A stretch of DNA of 64,000 nucleotides from Salpingoeca rosetta (Eukaryota > Protista > Choanoflagellata): NCBI GenBank assembly GCA_033442325.1, contig JAWQFM010000027.1, positions 478,271-542,270 on the forward strand. Direction: 5' to 3'. Positions 29,598-60,662 of this stretch are shown here, in pieces. How positions within the stretch are numbered: the stretch's first letter is position 1; every line of letters starts with the position of its first letter. The notes under the pieces were generated by a model. It was not told the DNA's origin. It saw only the letters and a list, made by a program, of their open reading frames with translations, and searched no databases. The translations under genes were made by a program, and so were the position numbers.

Positions 29598-30268
29598 GTG
29601 CGGCCGGTGAGAGACCATTTTAACAATTGTTCCTCCTGAATATCTTCCTTGATGAGAACGTTTGATTTGTTCTCGATAATTCATACTTGAGGCCTGCACG
29701 CTGTGTATTTGTGTTTGTCTTTGCTGTGTCACTCGTCATTTATGCTTTCCCAGCAATTACTGTCGTCACCCTTGTTACTTGGACTCACCTTTGCTTCGTT
29801 TGTGCGTGCGTGTATGGCAGGACGAGGATGAGTTGCGGCTTCACCTGCATGCACACAAGAGGCGAACGAACCAGCTGGTTTGGTCTGCCGGCAAGCAACC
29901 ACTTGCGGGCACTCGGCAGTGCGCTGACACCCTTGACTTTTACATTGACGGTGACACCATCCACGTCGCCAGCATTACGGTGCGTATGGGAATTGGTGGT
30001 GGTGGTTGCTGTTGATGATTTGTTTGTTCGCTTGTTGTTCATTGTTGTTAACTTTTGTTGTTGTTGTTGTTGTTGTTGTTTGTTGGTGCATGGGCATGTG
30101 TGATCACTTCCGCCGCGTCCTTACAAGTGCTGCGCGGCTATTCTACTCCTGTGCTTTGCTGCTGCTCAGGTTTCGCAAGGCCATGGCGAGAAGCTTCTGC
30201 AGGCAACGCAAAGGCTGATGCAAGACCCGCGCAAGGAAGCAACTCGGTTCCTCAGGACCCGAAAGTGA
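25813..30268 (+). CDS. EIF3L: Eukaryotic translation initiation factor 3 subunit L
   Basis: LFQILYRELFYRHIF, ELPDQWLWDIIDEFVYQF, LYRMLGYFSLVGSLRLHTLMGDY, VGFCYLMSRRYHDAI, IRSYLKLY, LDFYIDGDTIHVA. About 10 exons, ending FLRTRK*. Confidence 0.95.
26512..26652 (+). ncRNA. Intronic box H/ACA snoRNA with two guide pockets (large-subunit rRNA)
   Basis: Hairpin 1 (acaag/cttgt, ccattc/ggatgg), H box AAATCA 26573-26578, hairpin 2 (ttggagc/gcttcaa, agagg/cctct), ACA 26647-26649. Both pockets lie 14 nt from their box. Pocket 1 matches LSU AAAGCGAA-U-G-AUUAG; pocket 2 matches UUCC(C)-U-C-AGGAUAG. Confidence 0.85.
27626..27733 (+). ncRNA. Intronic box C/D snoRNA, snR68-like
   Basis: Terminal stem gcacgtct/agacgtgt; C GTGATGG 27634-27640; D' CTGA 27666-27669; internal 10-bp hairpin; C' TTGTTGA; D CTGA 27723-27726. 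The 12-nt guide ctgcgttatcgt is complementary to LSU ACGAUAACGCAG. Confidence 0.82.
28555..28742 (+). ncRNA. Candidate structured intronic RNA (H/ACA-like, orphan)
   Basis: High-complexity island between pyrimidine tracts with several hairpins (catcg/cgatg, acgat/atcgt, tcgtg/cacga, caagc/gcttg, tcgtccttc/gaggggcgg) ending in ACA at 28737-28739. No clean H box or target found. Confidence 0.3.
29597..29700 (+). ncRNA. Intronic box C/D snoRNA, snR41/SNORD62-like
   Basis: Terminal stem cgtgcggcc/ggcc(t)gcacg; degenerate C GGTGAGA; guide caattgttcctc 29624-29635 next to D' CTGA; C' TTGATGA; degenerate D TTGA. Guide is complementary to SSU GAGGAACAAUUG. Confidence 0.78.
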
Positions 30269-30875
30269 TGCGAAAGTACAAGTGTGTGTGTGTGATGTGA
30301 GGTTGAGTGGCCGTTGTTGGGCTGTTTGACAAGTTAGTAGGTGATGGCGAGCGGTGGTTGACGTTGCGATTCGTGTCTTCCTTTTCTTCTTCCCTTGTTC
30401 CCCTCTTTTTTTCCCTTGTTCACTTGCCTCTGTACACCAGCAACACCAAGCCTCGCTTGACATAAACTGACCAACAACAGCAAACTGAACCACATATGAA
30501 GTAGTGTGTGTGTGGTTCGTTGTGATTGCTGCTAGTGGTATCCCTGCTCACCGTTTCGCCGATTGATGTGTTTGGTTGGTTTATGGTATTTGTGGCCACC
30601 GAGGAAATGGCTGTTTGACATGAGACGTGCTGTGGGACTCACACACCACGAAACGAGAAGCAAGAAGGGTTGCGTTTGCTTGTGTTTGGGTAGAAGGGAG
30701 GGAGAAGGGAGAGATGGTGTTGGCCGACCTAACAAGATGAAGGAATAAGGCTGAGTGAGGGGAAAGGAACATAGTGGGTGGTTGGGGCAGTAGCGAATGG
30801 AAGGAAGCGGCAGCAGAGAACATTGCAGCAGTACCACTCACACGAAGAACAAGGAGAAGGGGGAGGAAGAAGCAC

Positions 30876-30954
<79 letters not shown>

Positions 30955-31196
30955 GCGCGCGCCAAGCACCGAAGAAATCTTTCGTGACAGAGACTGACGA
31001 ACGAAGCACAACAAGGAGAGAGCCCGCACGAGAACAGAGAAGCGAAAGACAAAACAGTTCAAGACACACGCTAGATTGACACGCGGGCGGGTGAACATAC
31101 CGCGCACACGACAAGAAACAAACAAACGAACACACGAACACACGTGCAGAGATGGACTGCAGTGTGACAAAAGGGGGGACGGGGAGTGTACGTGTG

Positions 31197-31307
31197 TCAG
31201 TGGCCGAGGCGAGAGCCAATGGATTTGACTTTGCTCGCCGCCTTTGACCCCTTCATTGCCTGCAAGAACGAGCTGCTCTGTAAGTGCAAAAGCAACCCAC
31301 AAGTCGT

Positions 31308-31403
<96 letters not shown>

Positions 31404-32479
31404 CAAGGAGGTGCTTTCTTCGATGCAGACGAAACAACGGCAAGTGTTGCCATACAAGTTAAGTTGGGAGCGACAACAAGACTCATCACACAGGCGCCGG
31501 CAAGCCAAAACTGGCCTCCAGTTGCATATGCCACGTGTGTGCGTGTGAAGTGGATGTGCATGTTTGTTTCATGTACATGTGAAGGAATGTGTGTGTTGTG
31601 TGCGTACCTCTGATCTGAGCATCTTTGCCTGCTCTTCCACGTGTGACAGCACCTCTCCCATGTTTGTCTCCAGCACCATGCCGCCCATCACAATCTCGTC
31701 CAGGATGTGATGCACCTGCAGCACAAGCACACACGCATGCAATGATGCGTGTGTGTGTGTGTGGGGGGGGGGTGTGTGAAGGCGAAGGTGAGATGGCGAA
31801 AGATGCTGCGCTGCGCTGTTGGGTAATGGTCACAGACAGGCAGGCAGATTGACAGACAGGGTGACAGGTAGACGGACAGACAGAAGTAAATGCGAACACA
31901 CACACACACACACACACACACATGCAAGATTCATGAACCTTGTCGACGTGGAAGATGAGGTCCAGCTCGCAAACGTTCTCAAATTGCCTGTCCAGTGTCT
32001 CCACAAACACCTGGAGCCAAGATGGCATCACAGCAGCACGGTGAGGAGCAAGAACAGCACACAAGACACAGCCGGGTATCTCTGCTCCAGTGCCACACTT
32101 GCATTCCCACTCAAAATCACAAAACGAGCTCAGTGGCACAGGAAAGGGGAAGGAGGGGCAAGAAGGCACATCGCGGACACACGCAGGGGCACACAGGCGA
32201 CACAGGCGACAGATACAGATAAGCGCATAGACACGGGTGCACGCATAGACATGGCTCCGTTTGCATGTGCGATTGAAGGTAGTGTTTTCACCTGTATCAA
32301 GTCGAGGATGCCCAGCTCGCTCTCTGAGGAATCCACGGCAAAGACGAAGAAGAGCGTCGCGTAGTGCCTGTAGATTAGTCTGCTGTCGTTTGATTTGAAC
32401 AGGCTGTGGTTGGAGACAACGGTGGAACAGCGATGGGCAGAGCCGTGAGGTGACGTGAGGGGTGAGCGCGGGCTGTCAA

Positions 32480-32557
<78 letters not shown>

Positions 32558-32827
32558 CTTTCGGGACGGGTGCTGGTGCAAGACGGCTGGCTGCACGGAA
32601 ACAGAGACGAGTGAAGACGCAGGAACCAGCACACACACGCACACACACACACATGCGCACTTTGATGTTTCGAGGAAGTTGCACACGTGGTCTGGTCGTT
32701 TGGACACAGCCTGGAAGCATTCGCGCACCACCCGCTGCTGTTGTTCCTCATCCTGGTGCATGGGGAAATGAAGCAAGCGACGGCCACGCCAATTCAACAC
32801 GTGAGAGGAATGCGTGAGAGCAGCGAC

Positions 32828-32869
<42 letters not shown>

Positions 32870-32984
32870 AAAACACACGCACACAAATATGCATGTTGGT
32901 GCAGCGCCAACGTACGCAGTGTTGGTAGAACTTGGACAGCCGGGGCTTGCCGTGGTTGTTGAAGATCAAGATGGCTTGGATCAT
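31197..32984 (-). CDS. AP3S: AP-3 complex sigma subunit
   Basis: MIQAILIFNNHGKPRLSKFY, IYRHYATLFFVFAVDSSESELGILDLIQVFVETLD..FENVCELDLIFHVDKVH.ILDEIVMGGMVLETN. Six coding exons. Confidence 0.95.
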
Positions 32985-33147
32985 CCTGCACGTGCACAGT
33001 GGAGGAGTGGGTGGTTTGCATGCGAGTGAGGCCAAGCGCGCTTGTATGTTCACGTACCACAGCACTGGCCTTCAACAAGAGACACTGAACACTGGAAAAA
33101 AGCTGTGCAAATCTGCGAGTGGAAAGCATCTGCGAGTGGAACAGCAC

Positions 33148-33182
<35 letters not shown>

Positions 33183-33968
33183 CACACGGACACACACATA
33201 CACACACACACACACGCACGCACAGACCCAGACACACAGCATACATGATGCCATGACTCACACCAACGCACCTGTGTGTTTCGTTGTGTGATGATGGATG
33301 CGGCTGGGGACGCGTGCGCAAAGGAGCACCAAAACCCACTCGCAGAGCAGGGGAAGAAACAACAAGTAGAGCGAGAAGGCTCCAAGTACAGTCGCGCCCC
33401 GCTTCGGTCGCACAGTCCTCGCTGGTGTGCAGTCAACACCGTTCAGTCAGTCGATGATCCTTGGCTGGCTCGCACTTTCCTCTGCTCTCCAATTCACCCC
33501 TCGCTGTCTTCCTTTCTCTTGGTGTCTTTGTTTGCGGCGATGTCGGATGCACTAATGCGCACTTGGTTGTATGTTTCGCACAAACTACAAAGCGCGGCCC
33601 AGTGCTATCCACCACCGCTGATGGGCAACAATAAAAAAAATTGTGCACACATCCAAACACAAACAACGACGACCAACCAAACCAAACTGCTGTTGTTGTT
33701 GCTGTTGCTGTTGTGGAGGCAGCCGACCAACTGCCTAACGAACCAAGGCAAGACGCAAAGCAAGAAGGAGGAAGGGAAACGAGAGAGAACGCTCAGAGGA
33801 GCTGCTTGCGCTGGCGGTGGTAACAAGCCAATGTGTGTATGTGTGTGTGTGTGTGTGTGAGCGAAGAGAGGGCCACGTCTCTCTCTTTCTCTGTGTTTGC
33901 GATCCCTCGCTCACAACCCGTTCCAACTGCATGTTTGCAGAGGGCAAAGGGTGAAACGGCAAGTCGGG

Positions 33969-36841
<2,873 letters not shown>

Positions 36842-36878
36842 TCAGGCTCTTTGTTCGTTGCCATGACATGCCACTCTG

Positions 36879-36948
<70 letters not shown>

Positions 36949-37191
36949 TGTGTGTGTGCGTGTGTGTGGTTCAGCGTCATCGTTGCGTTCTGCCTGCCTG
37001 TGCGCTTCCCGTTGATTGTTACGAATATCTTCCAGTACTTTTCATCAATACCAACAACCCACGACGCCAACCATCAAAGTCGTCAGCAGCAAACGCAATC
37101 ACAGCCAACAACCATCGCTAGCTTGCTTCCTGGCTCGCTTGCTTGCGCCACCAATCCAACAACCAAGCACACGCACACGCACGCTCCGACA

Positions 37192-38706
37192 ATGGGGCTC
37201 ACGTCTTCAACGGAATCCTACCTGCCGGATGAGCAGCTGGAGGAGTACAAGAAGCTTGATTGTACGTGCTGTTGCGGGTTGTCGTGATCATGGTGGGCCT
37301 GACTACTCGCACAAACACACACACGCGCTCACTTGCATGTGTGTTGTTTGGTGGTGGTTGCTTCTTGGTATTCAGTCACGGTGCCGCAGATCCATAGACT
37401 ATACCGCCGCTTCCAACGATTGGACAAGGAGCGCACCGGCTTTATCACGTTGGTCTCGGGATCAGAGAGTGACAAACAGAGAGACTGCGTGTGTGTGTGT
37501 GTGTGCACGGGCGTGTGTGCCTGTGTACCATCTGCTCAATTTCAACTCACACTCTACACACTCACACACACTCACGTACACACGCGCGCAGATTGGAGGA
37601 GCTGATGTCAATCCCAGAGCTGGCGATGAATCCTTTGGTGGAGCGCATCGCGGAGCTCTTCAACAGAGAGTGAGTCGTTGAAGGATTGGAATGCTGGTGT
37701 GTGTGTGTGTGTGTTTGTGTGTGTGCGCGCGATGGGATTGCATCTTGCGGTGCACAAACGCAGTAGTCTCAGATTCAACGACGGTGATGCATGCATGTTC
37801 CCTGTTTTCAAACTTCGATCTCTGACATCACTGGCCCACCGTTCCCCTTTGGTGTTCTGTGTGTCGTCGCACCCGTTCCCACACAGCCACAGCACAGATA
37901 AGACGGAGGACGGGCCGATTCACATTGACTTTAAGAAGTTCCTGAATACGCTCTCGGTGTTTCAGCCGATCACGGAGCGCCCCCGCGATCCAAACGAGGA
38001 CGAGGCAACGCACAGAGACAAGATGGAGAAGAAGAAGCGCAAGAAACTGCAATGTGCGTGTGCGCGTGTTTGCATGCGTGTGCGTGCGTGTGCGTGTGCG
38101 TGCGTGTGTGCGTCATACAGCGCCTTACTCTCTTTTACACACCTACACATTCACACGTGCTCGCACACACGCACACACATCCATTCTCCTCGTCCTGCTT
38201 CCTTCCCTGCTGCCCTCACCCGTGCTGTATCTTCCATGTCCCGCCGTCACTTGTCGCGTTCCCGCGCATCAGTTGTGTTTCAGATCTACGACACCAAAGA
38301 TGACGGCTTCATCGACGCAGAGGAGCTCTTCTCGGTACTGGATCGTATGTGTGTGTGTGTGTGCATGTGTTTGTTGAGTGTGTGGTGTGTGTGGTAGTTG
38401 AGTGAAGAGGGTCAGATGGGAGCGAGTGCGGAGGAATAGTAAACACATGTGTACATCACATGTCACATGCGGCTCATTCACACGCATGTCCTGCACGTCT
38501 CCTGTTGTTTTTTTTTCTTCTTCTTCTTCCTGCAGGTGCTGAAGATGATGGTGACAGATGGCATTACGGATGAGCAGCTGACGTTCATCGTGGATCAGAC
38601 CATCAAGGAGGCGGACAGTCGCGGCGATGGTCGCATCTCCTTTGATGAGTTCTGCAGAATCCTGGAAAAGACAGACCTGCACCAGCGCATGGCCATTCGC
38701 TTCTAG
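37192..38706 (+). CDS. Calcineurin B homologous protein (CHP)-like EF-hand protein
   Basis: MGLTSS myristoylation motif; QIHRLYRRFQRLDK, IPELAMNPL, LSVFQPI plus charged insert, FQIYDTKDDGFI, DQTIKEADSRGDGRISFDEF, RMAIRF*. Confidence 0.88.
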
Positions 38707-38886
38707 CATGGGATGTGTTGCTGTGAGTGCGTGTGTGTGTTTCTGTGTGTCCGCGTTGTGGACGGTGTAAATGACTTGATTCTTGTAGCAGGTTCGATGC
38801 GATGCTCTGCAGTGTGAAGGGGCGTGTGGGTGTGAACGAGCGAGTAAACGAAGCAAGGGAGTGACATCCAATCAACATGTCAAGCA

Positions 38887-38926
<40 letters not shown>

Positions 38927-38997
38927 AGACACACACACACACAGAGACACACACACACACACACACACAGACACAGACACACACACACACACACACA

Positions 38998-39048
<51 letters not shown>

Positions 39049-39134
39049 CCTGTGCTGCGATAGTTAGATGAAAACATTCACAGATTGTCGACCTTTGTTT
39101 GTGCACGAAGGACTTGGAAGACGACAACCAAACG

Positions 39135-40391
39135 ATGGTTGGCAAAGTTGGCAAAGTTGTCGCTGTCGGTGGCGGTGGTGGCAGCAATGGGGTGTTCGAT
39201 CATGTGGAGCACAACGACGGAAGCCGGTACAAGGGGGACCTCGTCGGTGGCAAGAAGCACGGCTTTGTGAGTTGGCTTGCTTCGGGTTTTGTTTGCCTCA
39301 TCTATCTCAGTTGTCTCGTTAACATTGTGTATCCTGTGTATCCTGTGTATCCTGTGCATCGCTGCGTATCCTGTGCATCCTGTTTATGCTGTGCATCCTG
39401 TGCTTAGCTGCGAGGGGGTGCTCAGCGCCTGTGCATCTTGTGAATGTGTTTGCGTTGTCCGTGTTGTTTGCGAAACACTTTTGCGTTCTCTCGTGTGTTG
39501 AATAATGCTGACGCTCCTTCTTCGTGGCTTCAGGGCGAGTACATCTGGCCAGATGGGTCCATGTACAGGGGGGAGTGGAAAGATAACAAGATGCACGGCG
39601 CTGGCGTTCTTCACTATGAGGGTGGGTTGCCCCCATCACAGGCTCGTACATGTGCCGCACAACCTTCGTAACCGCCTTGTTTGCATGTGTGCCCTTGAGA
39701 TGTGTCCTTGCAAGCTCACCTCAAACACACACAAAACACACACATGCGCACATGCACACATGCACACATATGCACACATGCACACATGTAGATGGATCCT
39801 GCTATGAAGGCGAGTGGAGCGAGGACCAAAAGCATGGCTTTGGCACCATGAACTTTGCCAACGGGGACCAGTATCAGGGCCAGTGGCATATGGGCTTGAT
39901 GCACGGTCACGGGACCATGAGCTACGCTGACGGCGCCGTCTACGAGGTGCACGCATGAGTGTGTGTGTGTGTGTGTTTGCATGTGTTTGCATGTGTTTGC
40001 ATGTGTTTTCATGTGTTTGCATGTGTGTGTTCAGCGTTAGTGCTTGTACTTGGCTGTGCTGAATGGCCTTTGTGGCGCACATGCCGCTTTGACGCGACGC
40101 GATGAGTCGCTGGCTCTGTGGTCGATCTGTCAAGCTGATGTGATGTAACCTCGTTTACTTCCACTCTTGTTCCCATTCACGCAATCTCCAACCGTGCCAA
40201 ACACCTTCCACCAGGGCTCGTTCAAGGAAGGGCGAAAGCATGGCGTGGGGCAGCACACGTTCGCGTCTGGACGCGTGTGGGCCGGCGAGTTTGTGGAAGG
40301 CCGACAGCACAAGCAGCACGCAGCACGTGAACCAGATGCACCCAACGATGACGACGATGACACTGCACCTGCGTTCAGCTCGAACGTCTGA
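39135..40391 (+). CDS. MORN-repeat protein (about 5 repeats)
   Basis: Repeated (D/N)G..Y.G.W..G..HG.G units in four exons: ~39135-39266, 39534-39620, 39792-39946, 40215-40391. Start uncertain. Confidence 0.85.
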
Positions 40392-40422
40392 CTTCTGTCT
40401 GACGCATGCGTGTGTCTAAGGA

Positions 40423-40496
<74 letters not shown>

Positions 40497-40938
40497 GACA
40501 TGCATGCCCGTGCATGGAACGCTACACCCCCTGCGTCTCCAGCAACTGTGTGAATGAGCGAGAGTGTATGTGTGTGTGGTGTTGTTCATTCGCTTGTGTT
40601 ATCCCCTCGAGTTGTGTGCGTTGTGCCTGCACTGTTGATTCGGTGGCAAGCTACTCGTCCCCTTTTTCGTGTTCTCCCACCTGTTACAATCCTCTACTGT
40701 CTCTCGTGTGTGTTTGCACCTGCGATGAGGTTCTGCTGGTTGGAACTGTCATGCGCAGTGTCTGCCTGCGTGTTGCATCAGTTGATGTCCTTGAATGTAT
40801 GCACGTGCGTGTGTGCGTGTGTGCCATCTGCGGCTGTCACAAACAGTGTTGATCGCTGTTGTGCTGCTTCTGGTCCGAATAAAGGCAACCGCACCCCAGT
40901 CACGCATTCACGCATTCACACACACACACACACACACA

Positions 40939-40978
<40 letters not shown>

Positions 40979-41377
40979 AGGCCGTTGCGAGTTGTAGAGG
41001 GTTTCTTGTACCTGTGTGCAATATATGCACACGCAAACAGAATGGGGAGTGAAACTAAGGTGATGAGGAGAAGCGGGGAGATATGCGACAATAAACCAAA
41101 ACACAACGAGAGAAAGAACAATCACAGTGGCAATAACAGTGACAGTTGTGCACGCAGACTATCAAGTGTTGTCATGCGACATGTGCACGCGTGCCTGCAA
41201 GCAATGAAAGCATGCTAGTGCGCAAGACAGTCAGGTCAACAAGGATCTCAAAGAGAGGGAAATGACAAGAACGGCAAGGGAAAGTTGTGAAATGAAGAAA
41301 CAGTGGCAGGTGTGAACAAGGAAAGAAAGGTTCGCAAAGACAAAGACACATGCAGACACAGACAGACACAGACACAG

Positions 41378-41410
<33 letters not shown>

Positions 41411-41428
41411 GGTACACAGCGCGAGCAA

Positions 41429-47634
<6,206 letters not shown>

Positions 47635-48389
47635 GAGTGCATGTTAGAAACAGCGCATCCAACCCACCTGTTGCTGTGACATGGCCCTCTTTGTTGTCTC
47701 CTCACACAGACACAGACACAGACACAGACGCAGACACTCTCTCGCACTCCTTGGTCTTGATTCGCCGTCCCGCACACCCGCCTGTCCTCCTCCGCGCTGT
47801 CCTCCCCTCTGTGTCACTGCAGTGGTGTCTCCCAACACACGCACACACACACACCAGCAGAGAGCCGCAGCCGTTTCACAACAACTTCCCCAACAACCAA
47901 CAGCGGCGACCGGCAGTCGTCTTTTTTCAGTCCGACACGATAAGATGCGATTCACAACCGTCACGGATAGTTGTTGGATATCTTTGAGGAACTATCGCGT
48001 TGTTTTCGTTTGGATGCGGAAGCTGCGACAATCTGATGAAATCGTTCGTAAATACTCCATGCCTGACAGTTTTCCTTTTTGTTTTTTCTTTCCTTCGCTG
48101 CCTCTCCCCAACAACAAACAGACGCAGACGCAGACAAGACGAATCTCACACACAACCGACAACCAGCTCCCCTCCTCCTTCCTTGCTTGCTCTTTTGTGT
48201 GCATATCAGCCAGCCGCCTTCCCTCTCTCTCCCTCTCTCTCTCTCTCTCGAAGCCGCACCCCCTTTGTTTCCTCACGCAACCGGTGTCGTCGTTCTCCTT
48301 CCACACGACCGACCACGTGACGCCTCCCCTGTGGTGGTCGCGCTTTCCCTCTTCCCACACTCTCCACATCGACATCACAAAACACAATC

Positions 48390-51801
<3,412 letters not shown>

Positions 51802-52442
51802 ATGCCTGCCATCAACCAACAACAACGATGATCCTTCCCAAATCACACATGCACCGCAATCCAGCATGCATGCATGCATGCAATTCGTGCCTCTCGTTCT
51901 TCCTTTGACACGGGCGTGCGCTGCTTGGTGATGGTGCTGGCTCTTTTACACGTCGATTTTTCGTTTGCGCGTGTTCATTTGTTCTCTCTTCGTTGTGTGT
52001 AAATGCACGTTCGCATCGCCGTTGTATGCGCTGCACTGTTGTATGCGCTGCACTGTTCCTTGTCCCACGCCATCATTGCCCTGCCTGCATGTGAGTGCTG
52101 CTGCGTTTCTCCCCTGCGCTGTTCGTTTGTTGCCAACGCGTTTTCCTTTCTGCTCGTTGTTGCTGCTGGTGGTTGGTTGGTTGGTGTGCGAGGTTTTGTT
52201 TGTGCTTCGATCTTGTTCCATGTTCTCTTTTTCCTTTCCATGTTTTGCCATTCGTTCTTGTTTGCGCTTTGTTCACCTCATGTCACACTCGAACATTGCA
52301 ACTGACAAAGTGAGGGGGGAGGGAAGGGAAGTAGCAGTTGTGAGACTGTCGTGTTGGTGGTGGTGTGAGTCGTGAGTGCTGTGCTGTGAGTGTTGTTTGA
52401 CAAGGTGGAAAACTCATGTGACATGTGACACGTGAGTCGTTC

Positions 52443-52474
<32 letters not shown>

Positions 52475-52713
52475 TGGTGGTGGTGGTGGTGGGACAGATT
52501 GCATCGATAAGCTGCCATGTTTTCAAAGGAAACAGCACAAAGGAAGTGCTGTCCAGCCAGTGGTCGTTGGCTTGCTTGCTTGCTGTCTTGCCTTTGCTTG
52601 CTGGCTTGGTGCTTTGTTGTTTTGGCAGACAAAAGGAAGCGACTCACTTTCCATAGCACACACACGCACACACGCACACACGCACACGCGCACACACGCA
52701 CACACGCACCGTG

Positions 52714-57716
<5,003 letters not shown>

Positions 57717-57771
57717 TGTCATCTGAACGGAAGACAGAAGGAGGACATCCCCGTTGCTTTTGTTATTTTCA

Positions 57772-57806
<35 letters not shown>

Positions 57807-57807
57807 A

Positions 57808-57839
<32 letters not shown>

Positions 57840-58114
57840 CGTGCGTGTTTTCGACAGGTGCATGGAGCGTATTGTTACTTTCTTGCGCTCTTGCGCTCTT
57901 GGGGGTTGTGTTTTATGTTTGATATGTATGTGCATGAAGCACCGTGTGTTAAGTTGACAAGAAGAAAAGCAAGCTACACCGAGTTGGTTCCAGAGTACAC
58001 CACACACGCAACAAGCAAGACATCACCGCGCCTCAACCGATCGTGACCACAAATGTGGCAGCCTTGCAAACGTACACGACATGGTTCCCTCATCACCCAC
58101 CCGACCTTCTTCCG

Positions 58115-59391
58115 TCACGCTTCACGTTCTTCCTCTTCATCTTCCTCCTCTTCCTCCTCATCGTCGTCATCTTGAATGTTGTCGCTCTCGGCCTCCAGGT
58201 CACCATCACCGACACTACCGCCATCACCACCGCCCGTGACATCGTGTTCGTACGGCATTGCAATCGGGCTCAGGCTTGCAACCGACCGCACAAGGCGCCG
58301 CGTGGGACTGGTGATGTGTTGACCACCACCACCGACGCCGAAATTGCCCCTTCCATGCTCTTGCTGTTGTCGTTGTCGTTGTCGTTGTTGTTGTTGTTGG
58401 TTTGGTGGAGCATGAAGCAGTTGTGACTGCTGTTCGTTGACAGATGAAGGCGATCGAACCTTCTGCGTACTCGTGATTGGATGTTGCTCCTGTGACTGCT
58501 GCGACTGCCGTTGTTGCTGTTGATGCCGACGGTCGTTGTTGGCAGTTGGGATGCGGAGACCAGCCGCCGTTGAGACGGATGTCTTCGTTGTTGCGCGTGT
58601 GATCATGGACACTGCTGCCTCTGTGACCGTGACGGCAACACGCTGGCTGTCGCCACTTGCTGCTGTGGCGCTTGCAGAAGTAGCAGTGGCACCACGAACG
58701 GCTGTGCTCATGCCTTCATCACCCACACGAACATCTTGCTCTCCAGTCTCCGGTGTCAGTGCACGACCAGCCGACAGTTTTGCCTTCTTCTTTGCCAAGC
58801 CACCTGTGGCTGTTGCTGTTGCTGTGGCTGTGGAGATGTGGCTGTTGTTGTGTTGCGTACGCACGTCCTTCTCGCCGCCACCGTTGTTGGTGCTGGGGTG
58901 GGCTTGCTGTTCTTGAGGTGTGGTCACAACAGCTCTTCCTACCTCCACGCCATGGCGCGCTTGGTGCGCGTATGTCTGCCGCTTGGCACCACGCCCAGTC
59001 TTCTTGCGCTGGTGCTGGTGTTGGTGCTGCTTGTGTGCCTCAAAACTGCATGGAATATTGGCGTCCATGTCATCATCATCATCATCGTCATCAGCATCAT
59101 CACCATCATCATCATCATTGTCGCCACCATCGCCATCAGCAGTCGTGCGGCTGCCATGCGGGTAGGGTTGCGAATCACCATGCGGCTTGTTGTGAGCAGC
59201 GAGGTGACTACGCTTCACGTGTCGACGTTTCCTCTCCGTCGTTGTCATCAGTGTTGGTGTCGTTGTCTTGGCTGCACCCATCCTTGCGACTGCAACACTT
59301 TCCTGCGTCTGTGATGTTGCGGCTGCCGCTGTTGCCGCTGCTGTCACTCGAGGGGTGGTTGGTGTTGTCGGCGTGGTTGATGGCATTGCTG

Positions 59392-59432
<41 letters not shown>

Positions 59433-59896
59433 CGATGCCTTGGTGTGGCGGGTGCAGATGTGGCGGTGGCTGGTGGCCAGTCCTCCACGGGGCGCTGCCC
59501 TTGCGGAATGAATGACGAGTGGGACGAAGCAGGGGACGGCGTGTCCTGGCGGTGGTTATGAGGATGGTGGTGGTGATGATGGTGGTGGTGGGCGAGCTGA
59601 GAGAGGCTGCGTTTGGTGTTTGGAGAGGACTGACTGGTGTTGTGGTGCTGCTGCTGTGGCTGAAGCTGCTCCACTGCTGCTGTGGCGGTTGCTGTTGTGG
59701 TTACGGCGGTGCTGTTTGCACTCACTAGCGCATGACTCGCCTGCGTCAATGAGATGTGCGTGTGTGTGTGTGTGTGTGAGTGAGTGAGTGAGTGAGTGAG
59801 TGAGTGAGTGAGTACGTTGACTGATCCGAAAGGACAAAGAAATACAAAAGGCACACAGACACAGACACAGGCATACAGACAGACAGACAGGCATGC

Positions 59897-59929
<33 letters not shown>

Positions 59930-60309
59930 GGCAGGCAGACAGACAGACAGGCAGGCAGACAAAGGCACACACACACACACACACAGGCAGACACAGGCAC
60001 ACACGCACGTACACACAGACAGACAAGGCACACACGCACGCACACTGTGCCGTACGCACTTGTTCGAGAAGCTGTGGAGAGGGCGGAGAGGCCGACGACT
60101 GGAAAGAGGTGTCACTGCTGGACGCGGTGGACGGCGCAGTGCTAGTGATGATGGTGTTGAAGCAGCCGTGAGCGGAGGGGAGAGGAGAAGGGGAGGGGGG
60201 AAACCAGAGGAATATGTGACACAACAGCAACCTACGGCACATCCCGCAGCATCGCAGGTCCAGGGGAAGGTGGGACCGGCACAATAAGAAACGCAGCACA
60301 CAAGCATGC

Positions 60310-60372
<63 letters not shown>

Positions 60373-60583
60373 TACGCACACACAAATACGCTCAGGTGTG
60401 TGCAACTTACGATGAGAGCAGCTTGAGGCCAGGAGGGGAAAAGTACTGTGCAGCCTCACCAAGGAGCTGTTGCTGTGGCAAGTCAATGACAACACATCAC
60501 GCAACACACACGCACACACACATGCATGAGTGTCAGTGGGTGTCACATACAACGGTGCACCACAAACACAGAAGTCGTCATGT

Positions 60584-60662
<79 letters not shown>

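Noticed and set aside
39063-39075. X-box-like GTTAGATGAAAAC upstream of the MORN gene (and similar half-sites at ~10331 and ~47670)
   Set aside because: Poor match to the GTTNCC-ATG-GNAAC palindrome; such half-sites are expected by chance.
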